Counted from the whole stretch's first letter, positions 35,258 through 48,867 are shown. The stretch is DNA of 63,330 nt, filler included, from Alcyonidium flabelliforme (GCA_026167845.1; 51 parts of 51 records of this genome joined end to end with filler, not necessarily neighbours in it); one strand, 5' to 3'. Made by a program: numbers and translations. Notes: generated from the sequence alone by a model not told the origin.

Positions 35258-35469
35258 TATCTATGTCTTTGCTGTGAGGAAGTTGATAAGCACAGCCCTT
35301 TTTTAAAAAGACCGGGACCATATAACGGACTATATTGACGATATGAATCCAGCGGGTCGTATTTTCATTNNNNNNNNNNNNNNNNNNNNNNNNNNNNNNN
35401 NNNNNNNNNNNNNTTAATTAATTAANNNNNNNNNNNNNNNNNNNNNNNNNNNNNNNNNNNNNNNNNNNN

Positions 35470-36605
35470 GATGACTATCTTGCCGATGATGGCGAAAACT
35501 ACAGCCTCACCATCACCAGTGTTGGCGCCAACGAATTTGAAGCGGTTGACTTTAGTAACGAAACCACGAACACCGTCACCACCACCATCGACAGCAACAA
35601 TGCAGGCGACAGCGCGAATGAGGGTGGACTTGATAGCAATGATACTGTCTATGTCAAACTAACCGGTGATGACAGCCAAATAGAAGCAGACGATGCTGTA
35701 CTGACCCATACCTTATCACTTGTGGATGCTGACGGTCAGCCTGTTGAAATACCAGTAGGCGGCAGCGTAGTGGTTAATTTATCTTATCTCAACGATGAGA
35801 CCACTGCGGTCGATTTTGATGCGAGTAGCAAGCTGACTACGGTCACATTTAATGCCAGCACTGGTAATCAAATCATTCTGACCAATACAGTATTAAATGA
35901 TCAATTAAAAGAAGGTGTCGAGAATTATCAGCTAGCAATAAGCTCTGTTGATGGTACCAATAGTGGCTTGGAGTCTGTCAAAATTGATACCGAAAACAGT
36001 GTCACAGGAGAGGTTGTCGACGACGTTGATCTAAAACCTGATGTCAATACCGTACAAGAAGATGGCGTTTTAACCGCAACAGGCAATGTATTAGCTAATG
36101 ACGAAATCGGTACCGAAACATCCGTCAGCTTGCAGAGTCAGCCTAGCGATGCAAATGATTATGGCGCGCTGACGCTAAATAATGACGGCTCGTACACCTA
36201 TGTTCTAAATAATAACAGCTCTACCGTACAAGCCCTTGCCAGAGGGGAGGTAGTTGAACAAGTATTTACTTATAGAGTAGGTGATGATACTCAAACCTTA
36301 ACCATCACTGTAACTGGTACCAACGACGCGCCAACCTTGGATGTCTCTGGTAATAGTAATACCACTGTCAATTATACAACAGCTTACCAAGAGGGTGATG
36401 TCCCTGTTGCTATCAGTGACAGTAGTACCATTGCCGATATTGATAATAACGATACGATTGGTAGTGCATTTATTGTATTAACAAACTCACAAACAGGCGA
36501 CTTAATTGCTATTGATGAAGGTGATCTACCAGCAGGTATTTCAGCCACATTGTTAGGAAATAGCCGCATTGAGTTGAGCGGGAGTGCAAGCTTAGCTGAC
36601 TACCA
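35470..36605 (+). CDS. Giant LapA-like adhesin fragment with Ig-like and VCBS repeats
   Basis: Frame open from contig start (DDYLADDGENYSLTI); ATGNVLAND, YGALTLNNDGSYTYVL, LTITVTGTNDAP. Confidence 0.88.
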
Positions 36606-36705
36606 NNNNNNNNNNNNNNNNNNNNNNNNNNNNNNNNNNNNNNNNNNNNTTAATTAATTAANNNNNNNNNNNNNNNNNNNNNNNNNNNNNNNNNNNNNNN
36701 NNNNN

Positions 36706-37582
36706 AACTTAATTCTGTCTTTGAATGGCTAACGGTAAACAAATTATCTCTAAATACTAATAAAACCAAATTTATGATATTTCATTTTCCTCAAAGAATA
36801 ATACCTAACTACGCAATACCACTCGTAAAAATCAACAATAATTTATTGAAAAAGTAAACACTTTCAAATTTTTAGGCATCTACCTTGATTGTAATTTATC
36901 ATGGGAAAACCATGTTAATGAAATTACCAAAAAAATTTCAAAAACAGTTGGTGTCCTCTCAATATTAAAACATTACTTCCCCCAAAAAATCTTACTTACG
37001 ATTTATAATTCTCTTATTCTTTCTCATTTTAATTACGGCATAACTCTTTGGGGATTTCATAACTGTACTAGACTTAAATCTCTCCAGAAAAAAGCTTTAA
37101 GACATGTCAGTAAATTACCATTCCGTGTACACACTCAACCTATATGTAAACTTTTAAAAACAATGCTTATTGATGATATATTTAATCAGGCATGTTTAAA
37201 ATTCTATTATAAATTTAAAAAAGGGTTCCTTCCTAGTTACTTCTATGTTCATAATTTTATTGAAACCTATGCGCCAAACAGAAATTTAATTAGAATTAGC
37301 AGACATCCCCCTGAACACTTAGAGTACGTCACTGATTCCTCGTATTTTCGACCAATCATTAAAACTCCGTTTTATAAAAAGAAATCCTGTCACAAATGCT
37401 TAAGATATCACATACCTCACTTAATAAATAATCACCTCTTTCCGTCTTGCGTCACAGACAAAATTGATACCCATTCACTCAAAGGTTTTTCTAATTACTA
37501 TAGGAACTACATTTTAGATAGTTATAAAAATCAATGTACCAATATCGATTGCTTTGTGTGTTCTCGTTATCAGATACTTTAA
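36706..37582 (+). mobile_element. Non-LTR retrotransposon (CR1/L2-like) RT C-terminus, one frameshift near 36840
   Basis: WLTVNKLSLNTNKTKFMIF, FKFLGIYLD.NLSW, YNSLILSHFNYGI.LWG, terminal C...C..C. Confidence 0.88.
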
Positions 37583-38164
37583 ATTATGTTACGTGTCTCT
37601 GCCATTCCATTTGTATTTTTCTCAGATTTCTTTATAAACTGCAAAATTTAGTACCCTGGCTTAAATTTATTAATGTGTATTATAAGATATTATTTTGATA
37701 ATCAGTAATTATAGTAAATTAATGTTTGTTTATGGGTGGTCAGCTTTCAACTGGTTGTTTATACCTTTAGCTGATCACCTCATCAATATTATAATATTGT
37801 ATTACTATTGTTTTATTGGTGAAATAAATATATTTATCTNNNNNNNNNNNNNNNNNNNNNNNNNNNNNNNNNNNNNNNNNNNNTTAATTAATTAANNNNN
37901 NNNNNNNNNNNNNNNNNNNNNNNNNNNNNNNNNNNNNNNTTTTTTATAAGATATCCAGGCTTATATTTTGAATAATATGATATCGAGGCTTATATTTTTG
38001 ATACATCAATGCCTTTAAGCATTGCCAAGTTTTGGCTTTCCCCTCACGCATAAATTTTTTCACCCCAATTTTAATACAGGTTTTTGCAAAACACTTAATA
38101 GATTCATTCGACTGGTTTCATCTTTGAAATAAAAGTTCCTTTGTTCCTAGTCGGTTAATTTTAC

Positions 38165-38214
38165 TCACTTTTAATACTTTCGCCTTCTCGGTCAGACGGC
38201 TTCGTCAGAAATGG
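38165..38214 (-). ncRNA. Minimal hammerhead ribozyme motif overlapping the ORF stop
   Basis: Minus strand CATTT-CTGACGA-A-GCC..GGC-GAAA-GTA-TT-A-AAAGTG. Confidence 0.7.
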
Positions 38215-39073
38215 TGGATTCTGTTGGACTGCGCATGTGAGCTTGCGCCGATACTTGAGCGTAGGAATACATTGGGTTTTCTGAGCACAATATTATACAT
38301 GTCCGATAATTGAAACTGCCCGATTTCACGATTCATGGCACGATCTCCAGCTTGTTTAATATAGAGACTTTCTCTAATCCATCTAGTCTCACGATTATTA
38401 TCATGGTCCAATATCTGGGTATTGTCCCAATCAATGATGTGATTGTTCATGACACTATGATCAGTGACAGCAGACTTATTAAACATATGTTGAGATGCAC
38501 GATCCTGTGAGCGGGTAAAATGTCTCTGAGACAGGATATCAACCTCATGTTTATGTTCAGAAAGTCTTGTTGATAATTTCCGTCCAGTCTCCCCCACATA
38601 GACTTTAGTGCAATTAGAACAAGGGATTTTATAAACTACACCTGTGTTGTCCATAACATTGCGTTTATCCTTGGGATGAACTAAAGCATTTCTTAAAGTA
38701 GAGACCGGTTTAAATGCTGTGCGAATATCATAACTTCCAAAAACACGTCTTAACTGTTCTGAAAAACCTTGGACATATGGTAGAGTAACCATGCCAATAT
38801 GATCTTTTTTCTCTAACACGTTTGTTAGCCTTTTGTTGTCGAACCTTATTAAAAGTCCAGTCAGGATAACCACAACGTTGTAGAGCAGTTCTGATGTGTT
38901 GTTTTTCCAACTCTCGATCTTCTGGTTCAGTAATAATATTATCACAACGATCCAACAAAGTTCGAATTACCGATAACTTATGTTCAAGTGGGTGGTGTGA
39001 CTCAAAATGTAAATTTTGGTCCGTGTGCGATGGTTTCCTGTAGACAAGAAGTTTCACAAATCAATTTTGAGTC
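38205..39073 (-). mobile_element. Penelope-like element RT C-terminus plus GIY-YIG, frameshifted
   Basis: VYRKPSHTDQ..HHP, LPYVQGFSEQL, GVVYKIPCSNCTKVYVGETGR, RWIRESLYI..MNRE. Confidence 0.93.
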
Positions 39074-39173
39074 NNNNNNNNNNNNNNNNNNNNNNNNNNN
39101 NNNNNNNNNNNNNNNNNTTAATTAATTAANNNNNNNNNNNNNNNNNNNNNNNNNNNNNNNNNNNNNNNNNNNN

Positions 39174-39362
39174 GTTTGGCATAATTTGTGAGGTCCAGCT
39201 GTTCATCTTTTGCATGTCAGTCTTTGCTGCCCTCTCTTGAGAAGACGGACTGGTACTGACTATTCAAGATCTCGGCTTTCTCCTTTTCATTCGCAACAAG
39301 TTTACCGCCTAGCCTTAGTGGTGGAATTCCAATGACATCATTTTTCAAACACTTGATGTAGG
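39174..39362 (-). pseudogene. CR1-like LINE fragment (EN-RT linker)
   Basis: YIKCLKNDVIGIPPLR...EKAEILNSQYQSVFS. Confidence 0.7.
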
Positions 39363-40404
39363 GAAATGGGATATTTCGACATTAAATAAAAATATTACCA
39401 AACTCTCACCGACATCTGGGATTAAATATTTTTTTTATCCTTGTTTGTTCTAGTTTTTAAAACTTTTCAATTTTCACTAGCAAAACCAATTGGATTTCGA
39501 GCTACATCTATCTTTTTAAAGGTCGCTGTGCGGAACCTTGATTCTGAAGTGAAAATAGTGCATGCGTATTAATCGATCACCGGCCAATGAGCAAACCGGT
39601 AGGTAAACAAAGACAAAAATAGTTATATCTCCGAGAACTCTTCGTGCTCTGTCTAATGGTGTGCATATTAACGCCTATTAGACGGTACGGAACCTACCCA
39701 GACCATGTATGCACCCAGGATTTTTTTTTAAAGATTTCGCTCTGCCGGTGCCTTCAAAGGAACTATTTAGTGTAGTGCAACCTTATGGACCATCCCCAAA
39801 AATTGAATAATTTTTTTTTTGAAGAGTATCTACTAACATCCACTTTCCCCAAGTTTCATTACATGCAAACTGAATGCAGAGTTATTGAAATATGTCTTTT
39901 TCAGCGCATCCATTGTTTTTGCATATGCGTGTATGCTTACATAGGGGTCAGTGTCCACGTCCGTTTAACTATATTGGTCCAGTATCACAAATTACTTAAT
40001 TCTGACACAGACGAAAACTTTGTGCCTATAAAGTATAATAGTCAACATGCAAGATTTTTAAATTTTGATTTGAAGTTTCGTAGTTATCCAACCACACTTG
40101 CTTTTTCCCCGACAGGATACCTTCCACGTGCAATGCTGAATGCAGGTATACATAGCAAGGTTAGTTCCGCAGCAGATGACGTATTAAAAGGCTTTTTTTA
40201 GAGTAAAGCGCGACTTTAGAGAAAAAAAACATCGCAAACAGTCAAATGTGACGCGGTGAAGATTTTCTGAACAACACTAAAGCGTTCCAGGTATAATGCT
40301 CGTCNNNNNNNNNNNNNNNNNNNNNNNNNNNNNNNNNNNNNNNNNNNNTTAATTAATTAANNNNNNNNNNNNNNNNNNNNNNNNNNNNNNNNNNNNNNNN
40401 NNNN

Positions 40405-41130
40405 TAGGTATACACTATATAGTAGAATTAATAATGTAACTTACCTCCTAGTATAACGATGAGATAATATAGATATCATAAAGATATCATAGATTATCTC
40501 AGATTTGCCTCCTAAGAAGAGTATAAAAATATGTCAGATTTCAATCCCTGAAAAATGTAACGAACTTCTGAATTTAATCTGATTCTTATATATCTGCCTC
40601 CCTTCCTATTTAGGATAAGTATAACCTATTGACTATATCTTATATAATCCTATTATATAAGATTATATAAGATAACTTCCCAAAACGGTTATAGTCTATA
40701 CCAGACTATAATATCCTATCTGCTAAATTGCTCACACCTAATAAGGAAGATAAAGTATTAACTAGAGGAGAAAACTCTAGAAGGATAGCTACTAATCCTA
40801 ATTATAGGATAGAAGTACAAATACCTAAATTATATACTATAAAGGATACTATATTAACTAACTATATTAGCTTAATTAAGACTAATATAGATAGTAGGTT
40901 CGTACTTACTACCTTAATAATATTAGAACCTAATAGCTATTAAGAATCTATTAATAGTCTAGAAAAGGGAAACGCTATTAATAATAGAGTTTACCTACTA
41001 GTAATAGACTAGTGCCTCTTTCGGAAAGGTCACTCTTAGTAGTTAGTTTTTAATATAAGTGTTATTTTATATAGTATTACCCTAGTAAAAGATATAGCAC
41101 CCGAATAACTCTAGCTATAGAGTACTTCCC
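40405..41130. other. RIP-mutated fungal repeat DNA
   Basis: Strong TpA excess and CpA/TpG depletion, many TAG/TAA. Confidence 0.7.
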
Positions 41131-41149
41131 CCCCCCCTTTTATCCGATT

Positions 41150-41535
41150 ATAAAGCTTCCCCATAAATCACGTGATCTAGATAGGGTTTATTTACTAGTA
41201 TCTACTAAGTCCCCCTATAAATATTCCGGTCTCCTATACTCTATAGTAAAAGCTATATTTTTACCTACACTTTTATATACACTTTTATAACCCCCTTTTT
41301 TATTAATTTTATCACTTTTATACCCATTTTTATCTATTTTTTTCGGTTTAAAAACGCACTTTGATTTTTACTTCAAATTAGTTTTAAATATAGGTAAAAA
41401 TGAAGCTTTTACTATAGGAAACCAGAATGCAAATTGACATTGATATTGACATGCAGATTTTTCATTTGTGTGCGGACTCGGTTAACCCTAGCAAACAAAT
41501 CCTATCTAGATCACGTGATTTATGGGGCGCTTCAT
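41150..41535. mobile_element. Small fungal TIR element (~385 bp)
   Basis: CCCCATAAATCACGTGATCTAGATAGG at left, reverse complement at contig end. Confidence 0.8.
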
Positions 41536-41635
41536 NNNNNNNNNNNNNNNNNNNNNNNNNNNNNNNNNNNNNNNNNNNNTTAATTAATTAANNNNNNNNN
41601 NNNNNNNNNNNNNNNNNNNNNNNNNNNNNNNNNNN

Positions 41636-41742
41636 TACTCTTCCCGAAAAAGCCAAAGCATGCACACGGCTGGACGATTTTATGTCTTTCATTAACTCAT
41701 GGGACGAGCCCCCATGCAAGTGCTATAAATGCAAACTGTGAT
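41636..41742 (+). pseudogene. LINE ORF2 extreme C-terminus
   Basis: SLPEKAKACTRLDDFMSFINSWDEPPCKCYKCKL*. Confidence 0.6.
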
Positions 41743-41959
41743 AATGTGATGTAATTTTTTAATAATGTGATGCAATTTTTTAGTAATGTGCCATGTATTT
41801 CATAATAATTTATTTGTACATATTTTTTTTTACTAATTTTATTTCTATCTGTCTGTTGTAATAGTCGGCTTTATTAGTCCCTGGCTAATGTTTTTTTTGT
41901 GTTTATACTTTTTATACCGACTTTAAATAAATTAAAATAAAAATAAAAAATTAAAAAAA

Positions 41960-42070
41960 TACGTACACACACACATATACACCTATACATACATATACAC
42001 ATAGATATACATACGCACACATATATACATACACACACACATAATCCATATATACACATACATACATAGG
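41960..42070. repeat. Compound (CA)/(TA)/(CATA) microsatellite
   Basis: Direct reading of sequence. Confidence 0.9.
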
Positions 42071-42109
42071 TGCAGGTACAGGAATCAATTTACAACTAGT
42101 TACATTATA

Positions 42110-42759
42110 AATCTAAAACCTAGACATTGGCATAGCATTAAACACATAGGCAGCAACTCCCTTTATTAGATGCATATTATCTGAAGTCATAAGACTATGA
42201 AATTTATCAAGAGTATGATCTTTATCTTATGGCAAATTTCTGGAATAAATTCATTTCGCACTTTGTCATAAAGCGGCGGACAAACAAGAAGAAAGTGATA
42301 TTCGTCTTCAATCGAGTTACACAGTAAACATTTCCTTTTTTCTCTTGGGGTTTTTACAGGTTTATTCCAGCGCCCTGTCTCTACATGAAGGTTATGGTTT
42401 GAAGTTCGAAACCTACATAATGCCCTTCTGTGCTTATGTATTGTTACAAACCTTAAATATTGTTGATAACCAAAACAATCAGATTAACACATTTCGTACA
42501 TATATACCACCCCTAGCACTATTAGTTACACTATTATGCCAATCTTGTATATTTGTATCATTCAATCTTTGCCTGAACACTTTGATAAAACATTCTATAT
42601 CACCAACTCCCTGATTATATACCATACCTCTCCAAATCCCAATTTAAACTGGAGGGTGCTAATTAACATATGCGGCCCAGTTTACATTTGTCGTCTTACT
42701 CTCAATATCTGACAACAATACACGATACATTATGTTAATAAGTTTATGCGGTGAACTTG
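42110..42759 (-). pseudogene. Decayed LINE C-terminus with zinc knuckle
   Basis: FIKVFRQRLND..IQDW; KCLLCNSIEDEYHFLLVCP; many stops. Confidence 0.75.
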
Positions 42760-44085
42760 NNNNNNNNNNNNNNNNNNNNNNNNNNNNNNNNNNNNNNNNN
42801 NNNTTAATTAATTAANNNNNNNNNNNNNNNNNNNNNNNNNNNNNNNNNNNNNNNNNNNNTATTTTGCAAATTCAATTTGTATTGTGGCCTTTGGTCCAAC
42901 AACGTAATAGAATGTGAAGAGCACATTTAGAGATGCAATGCAATGAGTTGAAATGAAGGCAGGCTTGCCATGATCACGGTCTAAATTGTGAAGACCATGC
43001 TACCAAAGTATAGTTCAGTGTTTGAATGGTTAGTTTCGCACAAACAATTGCTGACCTATTTTAGAGACTTTTATTTTCTTTCATATTTAGGGAATCCTAA
43101 TAATAATATATTTCAGAGATATGCTACAAATTTCAAAACATAATATGGACTGTAAATGCAAAGACTCAACAATTTTTACTATTTCCTCATTATAGCTATA
43201 TACAGTGTGTTGCGTCGCTCTTGTGTAAAGTGCGTCAAAGGCAGCAGGCTTGGGTCCGTGCGTACTAAGCTTGACATGGGGAGCACAACTCCATATTTTA
43301 ATTTTTTTTCATTCATCTTCTTTTGGTAACAAAATAAATTCAAAATCATCAGTTTTGTGGTGGCACAACCACTTTAAAGGACACCTTCCACACTAATAAA
43401 ACTTTTGATATTATAAAGCTTCATATGTTTTCTCTGCATTCTGCAAGTTTCAGCTTTCTGCATGCCTTTGTTTAAGAGTTATGCTCTCTAGAAAGAAGGT
43501 CTGTCTTAAACCGGATGTAAATGGAGGCTCGCTGTTCGTGAAGTAATCGGACGGGGACTCAGGGTTTCGGCCGGTAGCGTAATCGTCGTGGGAAAAGGAC
43601 TGAGAGGCAATCATTATAATTGCATAACAAGAAATAAATTATTAGAAAAAAAATTGATGGACTATAATTTTTACTGACTAGTAGTTTTTCTGTGACTATG
43701 TTAAATTGTCATACAATGCACAAAAATATGACACTCGCACTGTGGCAAATCCTCCTCTATACTGGCCAAGATTACAGAAGGCATCGTCAGTGAAATGCCT
43801 ATAGCACAGTACCGGATTTGGTGTCTTGCTTTAAATTTGCCCTCTTCTCACGAACCCATGAGGTCCATTTGTCTGCAGCCTTTCCATCAGATGGCCATTT
43901 GTATAAATGGAGTTGAGTTTCGTCGCAATGACCGGCCTCGCATGGCCTACTCTTTCTATCTTTTACTGATATTATTCACAATANNNNNNNNNNNNNNNNN
44001 NNNNNNNNNNNNNNNNNNNNNNNNNNNTTAATTAATTAANNNNNNNNNNNNNNNNNNNNNNNNNNNNNNNNNNNNNNNNNNNNAC

Positions 44086-45205
44086 AATATTTTGAGATAC
44101 TTCTATACGGATAGCAACGTGGTTTTGGGTTATATCCAAAACGAGGCCAAACGTTTCAAAGTGTTTGTGGCCAATCGTGTCCAACAAATTAAGGAACACT
44201 CCGATCCTGGGCAATGGAACTATGTTTCAACAAAAGAAAACCCAGCAGATATTGCCTCGAGAGGTATTTTGGCTTGCGATTTTGCCAAGTATCCCGAATG
44301 GCTGAAGGGTCCTACCTTTTTGTGGAATGATCAGCCTCATGACGATGCAAATAAGATATTTGCGTTATCTGAAGAGGATCCCGAATTGAAAAGAGTACAC
44401 ACTTTGTTTACTGTTAACGATGTTAACTCATCTATGTTTGACACTGATCGCTTGCAATATTTTTCGGATTGGTACAAAGCTAAACGCGCCATTGCAAACT
44501 GTATGAAATTCAAGTCTAGATTAAAGGGTCGCCTTGCTAAGAAAAATGATTCTAACGACAGTTCGACTGTTGATCACCTTGTAGTTGATGACATCTCTGT
44601 CGCTGAGATGGAGATAGTTCAATCCGTTCAAGGAGAATCATTTGGGGAAGAATTAAATGTACTGTCCTCTGGGCAAGGGGTTTTGAAAAAATCTAGTTCT
44701 TTGTATCATTTAGACCCCTTTATTGACGAGAAGGGTATTCTGCGTGTTGGGGGACGTATAAAACATGCTAAAGTTTCCCATGACTTTAAACACCCGGCGA
44801 TCTTACCACATAAACACCACATTACGTTGCTTATCATACGGCACTTTCATGAAAGAGTGCAACACCAAGGTCGTGGTTTCACCACTAATGAAATTCGGTC
44901 CAATGGTTTTTGGATTATAGGTTGTAGCTCTGCTGTTTCGCAGTACGTCCGAAGTTGTGTAATTTGCAATAAACTGCGAGGAACTTCCAGGTCTCAGAAG
45001 ATGGCAGATTTACCATCAGATCGCGTGGAACCATCTACGCCATTCACATATTGTGCTGTCGATTATTTCGGCCCTTTTTACGTTGCCATAGGGACAAAAT
45101 CTGTTAAAAGATATGGTGCTTTGTTTACGTGTATGGCTTCTCGAGCTATACATATCGAGGTGTCGCATGACTTGTCGACTGATTGTTTCATAAATGCGCT
45201 TAGGC
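44086..45205 (+). mobile_element. BEL/Pao retrotransposon pol fragment (RNase H end, integrase zinc finger and core)
   Basis: TDSNVVLGYI, FVANRV, ENPADIASRG, LRVGGRI, H...HQG, C..C, VDYFGP, SRAIHIE. Confidence 0.95.
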
Positions 45206-45305
45206 NNNNNNNNNNNNNNNNNNNNNNNNNNNNNNNNNNNNNNNNNNNNTTAATTAATTAANNNNNNNNNNNNNNNNNNNNNNNNNNNNNNNNNNNNNNN
45301 NNNNN

Positions 45306-46426
45306 CGGGCTGTGAGAACTCCGTCGGCTCTGATCTGCATCAGAGGTATGAGTGGGCTTAATTTACATAGTTCAGCACTACCCTGAGCAAGGGTAACCCT
45401 GTTGAGATCTACGCTTCCCTCTACAGCCCGGTATACAAGAGACATGTCTCCCTCTGTCATCTGCAATTTCACCAAGTCATTGCGCTCCGCCGACACGTCG
45501 CATACAGCTGACGGTCCTATGACTGGATCCTTTCTACAGATGACTGGGTCAGGTATTGGTGATTGTTCTGCAACCCTGGTCTTCACATTGGGGAACCCGA
45601 TGGTGCCAGGCAACAGGTCATGGGTCTGTTCCTGGTTGTCACCATCCTCTTGCTCCACCCCCTCGGCCGGCCTTGCCATTGAAGAGCCACAATCACCGTA
45701 CAGCGCCTCAGATCCCCCAGGTCGACAGTTTGTGTGTCTGTCGACCTCGCACCTAGCTGGGCGGACCTCATGTCGACTTAGGGTGTCGACCTCTGGATCA
45801 GACTTTGAGCTGACTGATCCGTGAACAGGTTTGAACCTATCCGGCACTGCAAGCCTCCCTGACCCTGTACCAAGCTGATTAAGGCACTGTGTCGTATAGA
45901 CAGCCTCTAATTCAGCTTGTACCTCGAGACGGGTCGGCCCTCCCATCGACGTCTGTATACGATTGCATTGCTTGCAATCCGCACACTGCCGAGAGAGCCC
46001 ATCAGCATTACCGTGCTTAATCCCCGGTCGATGTTCAATCTTGAACTTAAATTCTGCTAGTACTTCTAACCATCGGGCGACTTGGTTACTGGGTTCTGTC
46101 CTTCGACATAACCAGATCAAGGCGGCGTGGTCAGTTCGTAGCCTGAATTCTCGACCGTACAGGTAGGGCCTAAAGTGCTTTACCGCTTTGCAGACAGCGA
46201 GCAGCTCTCTGCGGGTAACACAATAATTGCGCTCCTGTTGACTAAGGGTTTTGCTGAAGTATGCTATCACTCGCTCTTTTCGCTCCTGGACCTGCGATAA
46301 CACAGCACCGGTTCCATAGGCGCTGGCGTCAGTATCCAGGATGTACTCCAAGCGGTGATCTGGGTAACCTAGGACCGGAGAAGAGACCAACAAAGCTTTC
46401 AGTTTGTTAAATGCCTCGACTGTACC
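45306..46426 (-). mobile_element. Ty3/gypsy retrotransposon pol fragment (RNase H and linker)
   Basis: LDTDASAYGTGAVLSQ, NYCVTRRELLA, RTDHAALIWL, HRPGIKHGNADGLSR. Confidence 0.95.
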
Positions 46427-46526
46427 NNNNNNNNNNNNNNNNNNNNNNNNNNNNNNNNNNNNNNNNNNNNTTAATTAATTAANNNNNNNNNNNNNNNNNN
46501 NNNNNNNNNNNNNNNNNNNNNNNNNN

Positions 46527-47647
46527 CTAATCTCATGATCTTATAAAACTTAATAACTTTATATCTAATATTATCTATGATTTCTACACCACGAACGAGA
46601 GTCTCTACTTCGCGTATTATAATATCTATATAACGTAGAAAGGCTTCCACTCCTCCTTTAAGAATGGTGATAATCTCTTAATCTAGCAGACTCTCAATCT
46701 ATCTATAGGCAATTTTTGACTAGTATTCCCAAATGTCGTACTCGGGGTCTGTCTCCTACGGTCGGGGCAGTTTGTAATTGGCCACTTTGTCGATGCGGAC
46801 CATGCTGAGTCCGTTCTCGATCTGGCGTTTCCATCTGGCAAGATTGCTGCCATCTAGCAACAACTTGATGCCTTTGTTCAATTTGATTTCCTTCTCCTCC
46901 GGGAGGTTTGTGCCCTGGGTCCGAATCGCTCGTTTCGCTGCGCCGGTGGAGGAAGAAGGTTGGGTTTGGGTGCGAGGTGCGGGGAGAGAGCGTGATGAGC
47001 CCTCACCGGCGTTGTCATCCTCGGAATCAGTCATGTTGACTGGCTAAGAAATGCAGAGTCTTCTCGATGGAAGGATCCCTGGTCAGAAGCAGAGAGACGC
47101 GTCTTCGCTGACTCTCGCTGAGAAAATGCAGAGTTTTCACGATAGAAAAATCTCTGTTTATAAATGCAGAGCTCTCTTGATGAGAAATCTCTGATAAAGA
47201 AATGCGGCCTGTGATGATATCGATGACCTTCACTACCTTGATGATGATGGATTCGATGATCCTTGGTGGGGTGCGGGACGGGCCGAAGCGCGACCCACAA
47301 TGAAAATTCTGATTCGCTCAGTTAAACTCGATGAAAATTGATGATTTTGAAGATGCTCGGAGTCCTCGAGCAAAGGGCTTCATAACCTGATGGAAGGAAG
47401 AAGCTACGCAGTGGAATATGCAACTCAGAGAAATAAATGGATGGACTCTGGAGAGGAGAAAAAGAAGAAGAGAGAGGGGGAAGCTATCTGCATACACATG
47501 AGGAAGTCCTGGAGAGCGGGGAGTCACGTGATAAGCACGTGACCACCCCAACACTTTATCCAATACCGCGGTCGTATATCTAGCTATAAGTGGGTGTAAG
47601 GGCGTCGCAGAAAGGAATATATCGTTAGTGAGGTTTAGAAAGGCTTC
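46527..47647 (-). mobile_element. Fungal copia-like element 5' part: LTR end (47388), PBS (47375-47387), gag start at 47034, downstream RIP-damaged
   Basis: Minus strand CA|GGTTATGAAGCCC; LLDGSNLARW gag motif; in-frame TAG stops beyond 46758. Confidence 0.75.
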
Positions 47648-47747
47648 NNNNNNNNNNNNNNNNNNNNNNNNNNNNNNNNNNNNNNNNNNNNTTAATTAAT
47701 TAANNNNNNNNNNNNNNNNNNNNNNNNNNNNNNNNNNNNNNNNNNNN

Positions 47748-48492
47748 TCCTCTGACCTGTTTTTATTTCATAAATAGCATGAGCATCATCTGTTCTAATC
47801 TGATTTGAGGTAGCAAACATACAGTCTTCTCCAATACTAACGCCAGTAGCTTCTGCACAGGTAATATAAACTGAATTTGTACTTGTTGCCCGATCCTTAA
47901 TAGTCAGATAACAGTTATACCCCAGTCTCCAATTTCCACTCATTCGCACGTCCTTACCAATATACACTTGAGCATTGTTACCTACACACTGAATGGTAAC
48001 ATTACGAATCTTCGTCTCTGGATGTATCACAATCTTATTGTTAGTACCTTGAAAGTTGAAACGACAATTATAGAGTTGTTTCGGCGCTTCTATTATATTG
48101 CCATCATTATCTAAATAGTTACCATCCAAGCTATTCGTTTTTTTATTATTTTGTTTTAAATTTTCATCATTTAAATTTAATACCTGATCAATTAATTTTA
48201 GCAGCGTAGATAAGACTTCTAATAAATGATTTGAATTAGTAGAAGTAAATTTAAGTATTTGATAGCGACCTGCAGTTTTAAAACCAAAGCTTTTCAACGT
48301 ATCTTGTACAAAATTAGGAAGCGATACATTTGATATGAGACTTAATCTTTCAAGATTATTTTCGTACTTTAAACAAATTTCATGCTCATCATCGATAAAA
48401 CTAAACTCAACTTTATTATCATCAATTAGAAATTTAGCACTCTTTGGACTATAGACAATTAAAACCTTTTGTACCAAGTCTAATACAAACAT
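47748..48492 (-). CDS. Left-handed beta-helix O-acetyltransferase (NeuO/OatWY-like) with N-terminal extension, 3' truncated
   Basis: AAGGAAG RBS; GTNNKIVI, VSIGEDCMFA..QIRTDDAHAIY. Confidence 0.8.
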
Positions 48493-48505
48493 TAATCTTC
48501 CTTAC

Positions 48506-48867
48506 TTATAGTTTATTTAGTACATTTGACTCAACATTTCTATATGACAATTCTTCTGAAATATTTCCAATCATTTTATTGCCGTCAAAAAGGAGATTAA
48601 TTAACGTTATTTGTTCTGGAACAGACTGTGCAGTAATATGAGGATGTGTTTTTATCATGCTATCCTGAGATAAATCTACAATCTTAATCAAACCATCTGA
48701 TTGCTTAGATAAGTTAATACTGTGTTCGTAATTAAATGGATGAACATCAGAAGCGAATACATACATTTTTTTAGTATTATTTTTAGCCTGATTAATGATC
48801 TTATCGGTTAAATTAGCTTCTCTAAAATTTTTTACAAAGTGCCAGTCTTTATTTGCATTATACTTCG
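48506..48867 (-). CDS. Hypothetical protein C-terminus in probable capsule locus
   Basis: ORF ending 13 nt upstream of the acetyltransferase on the same strand. Confidence 0.55.
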
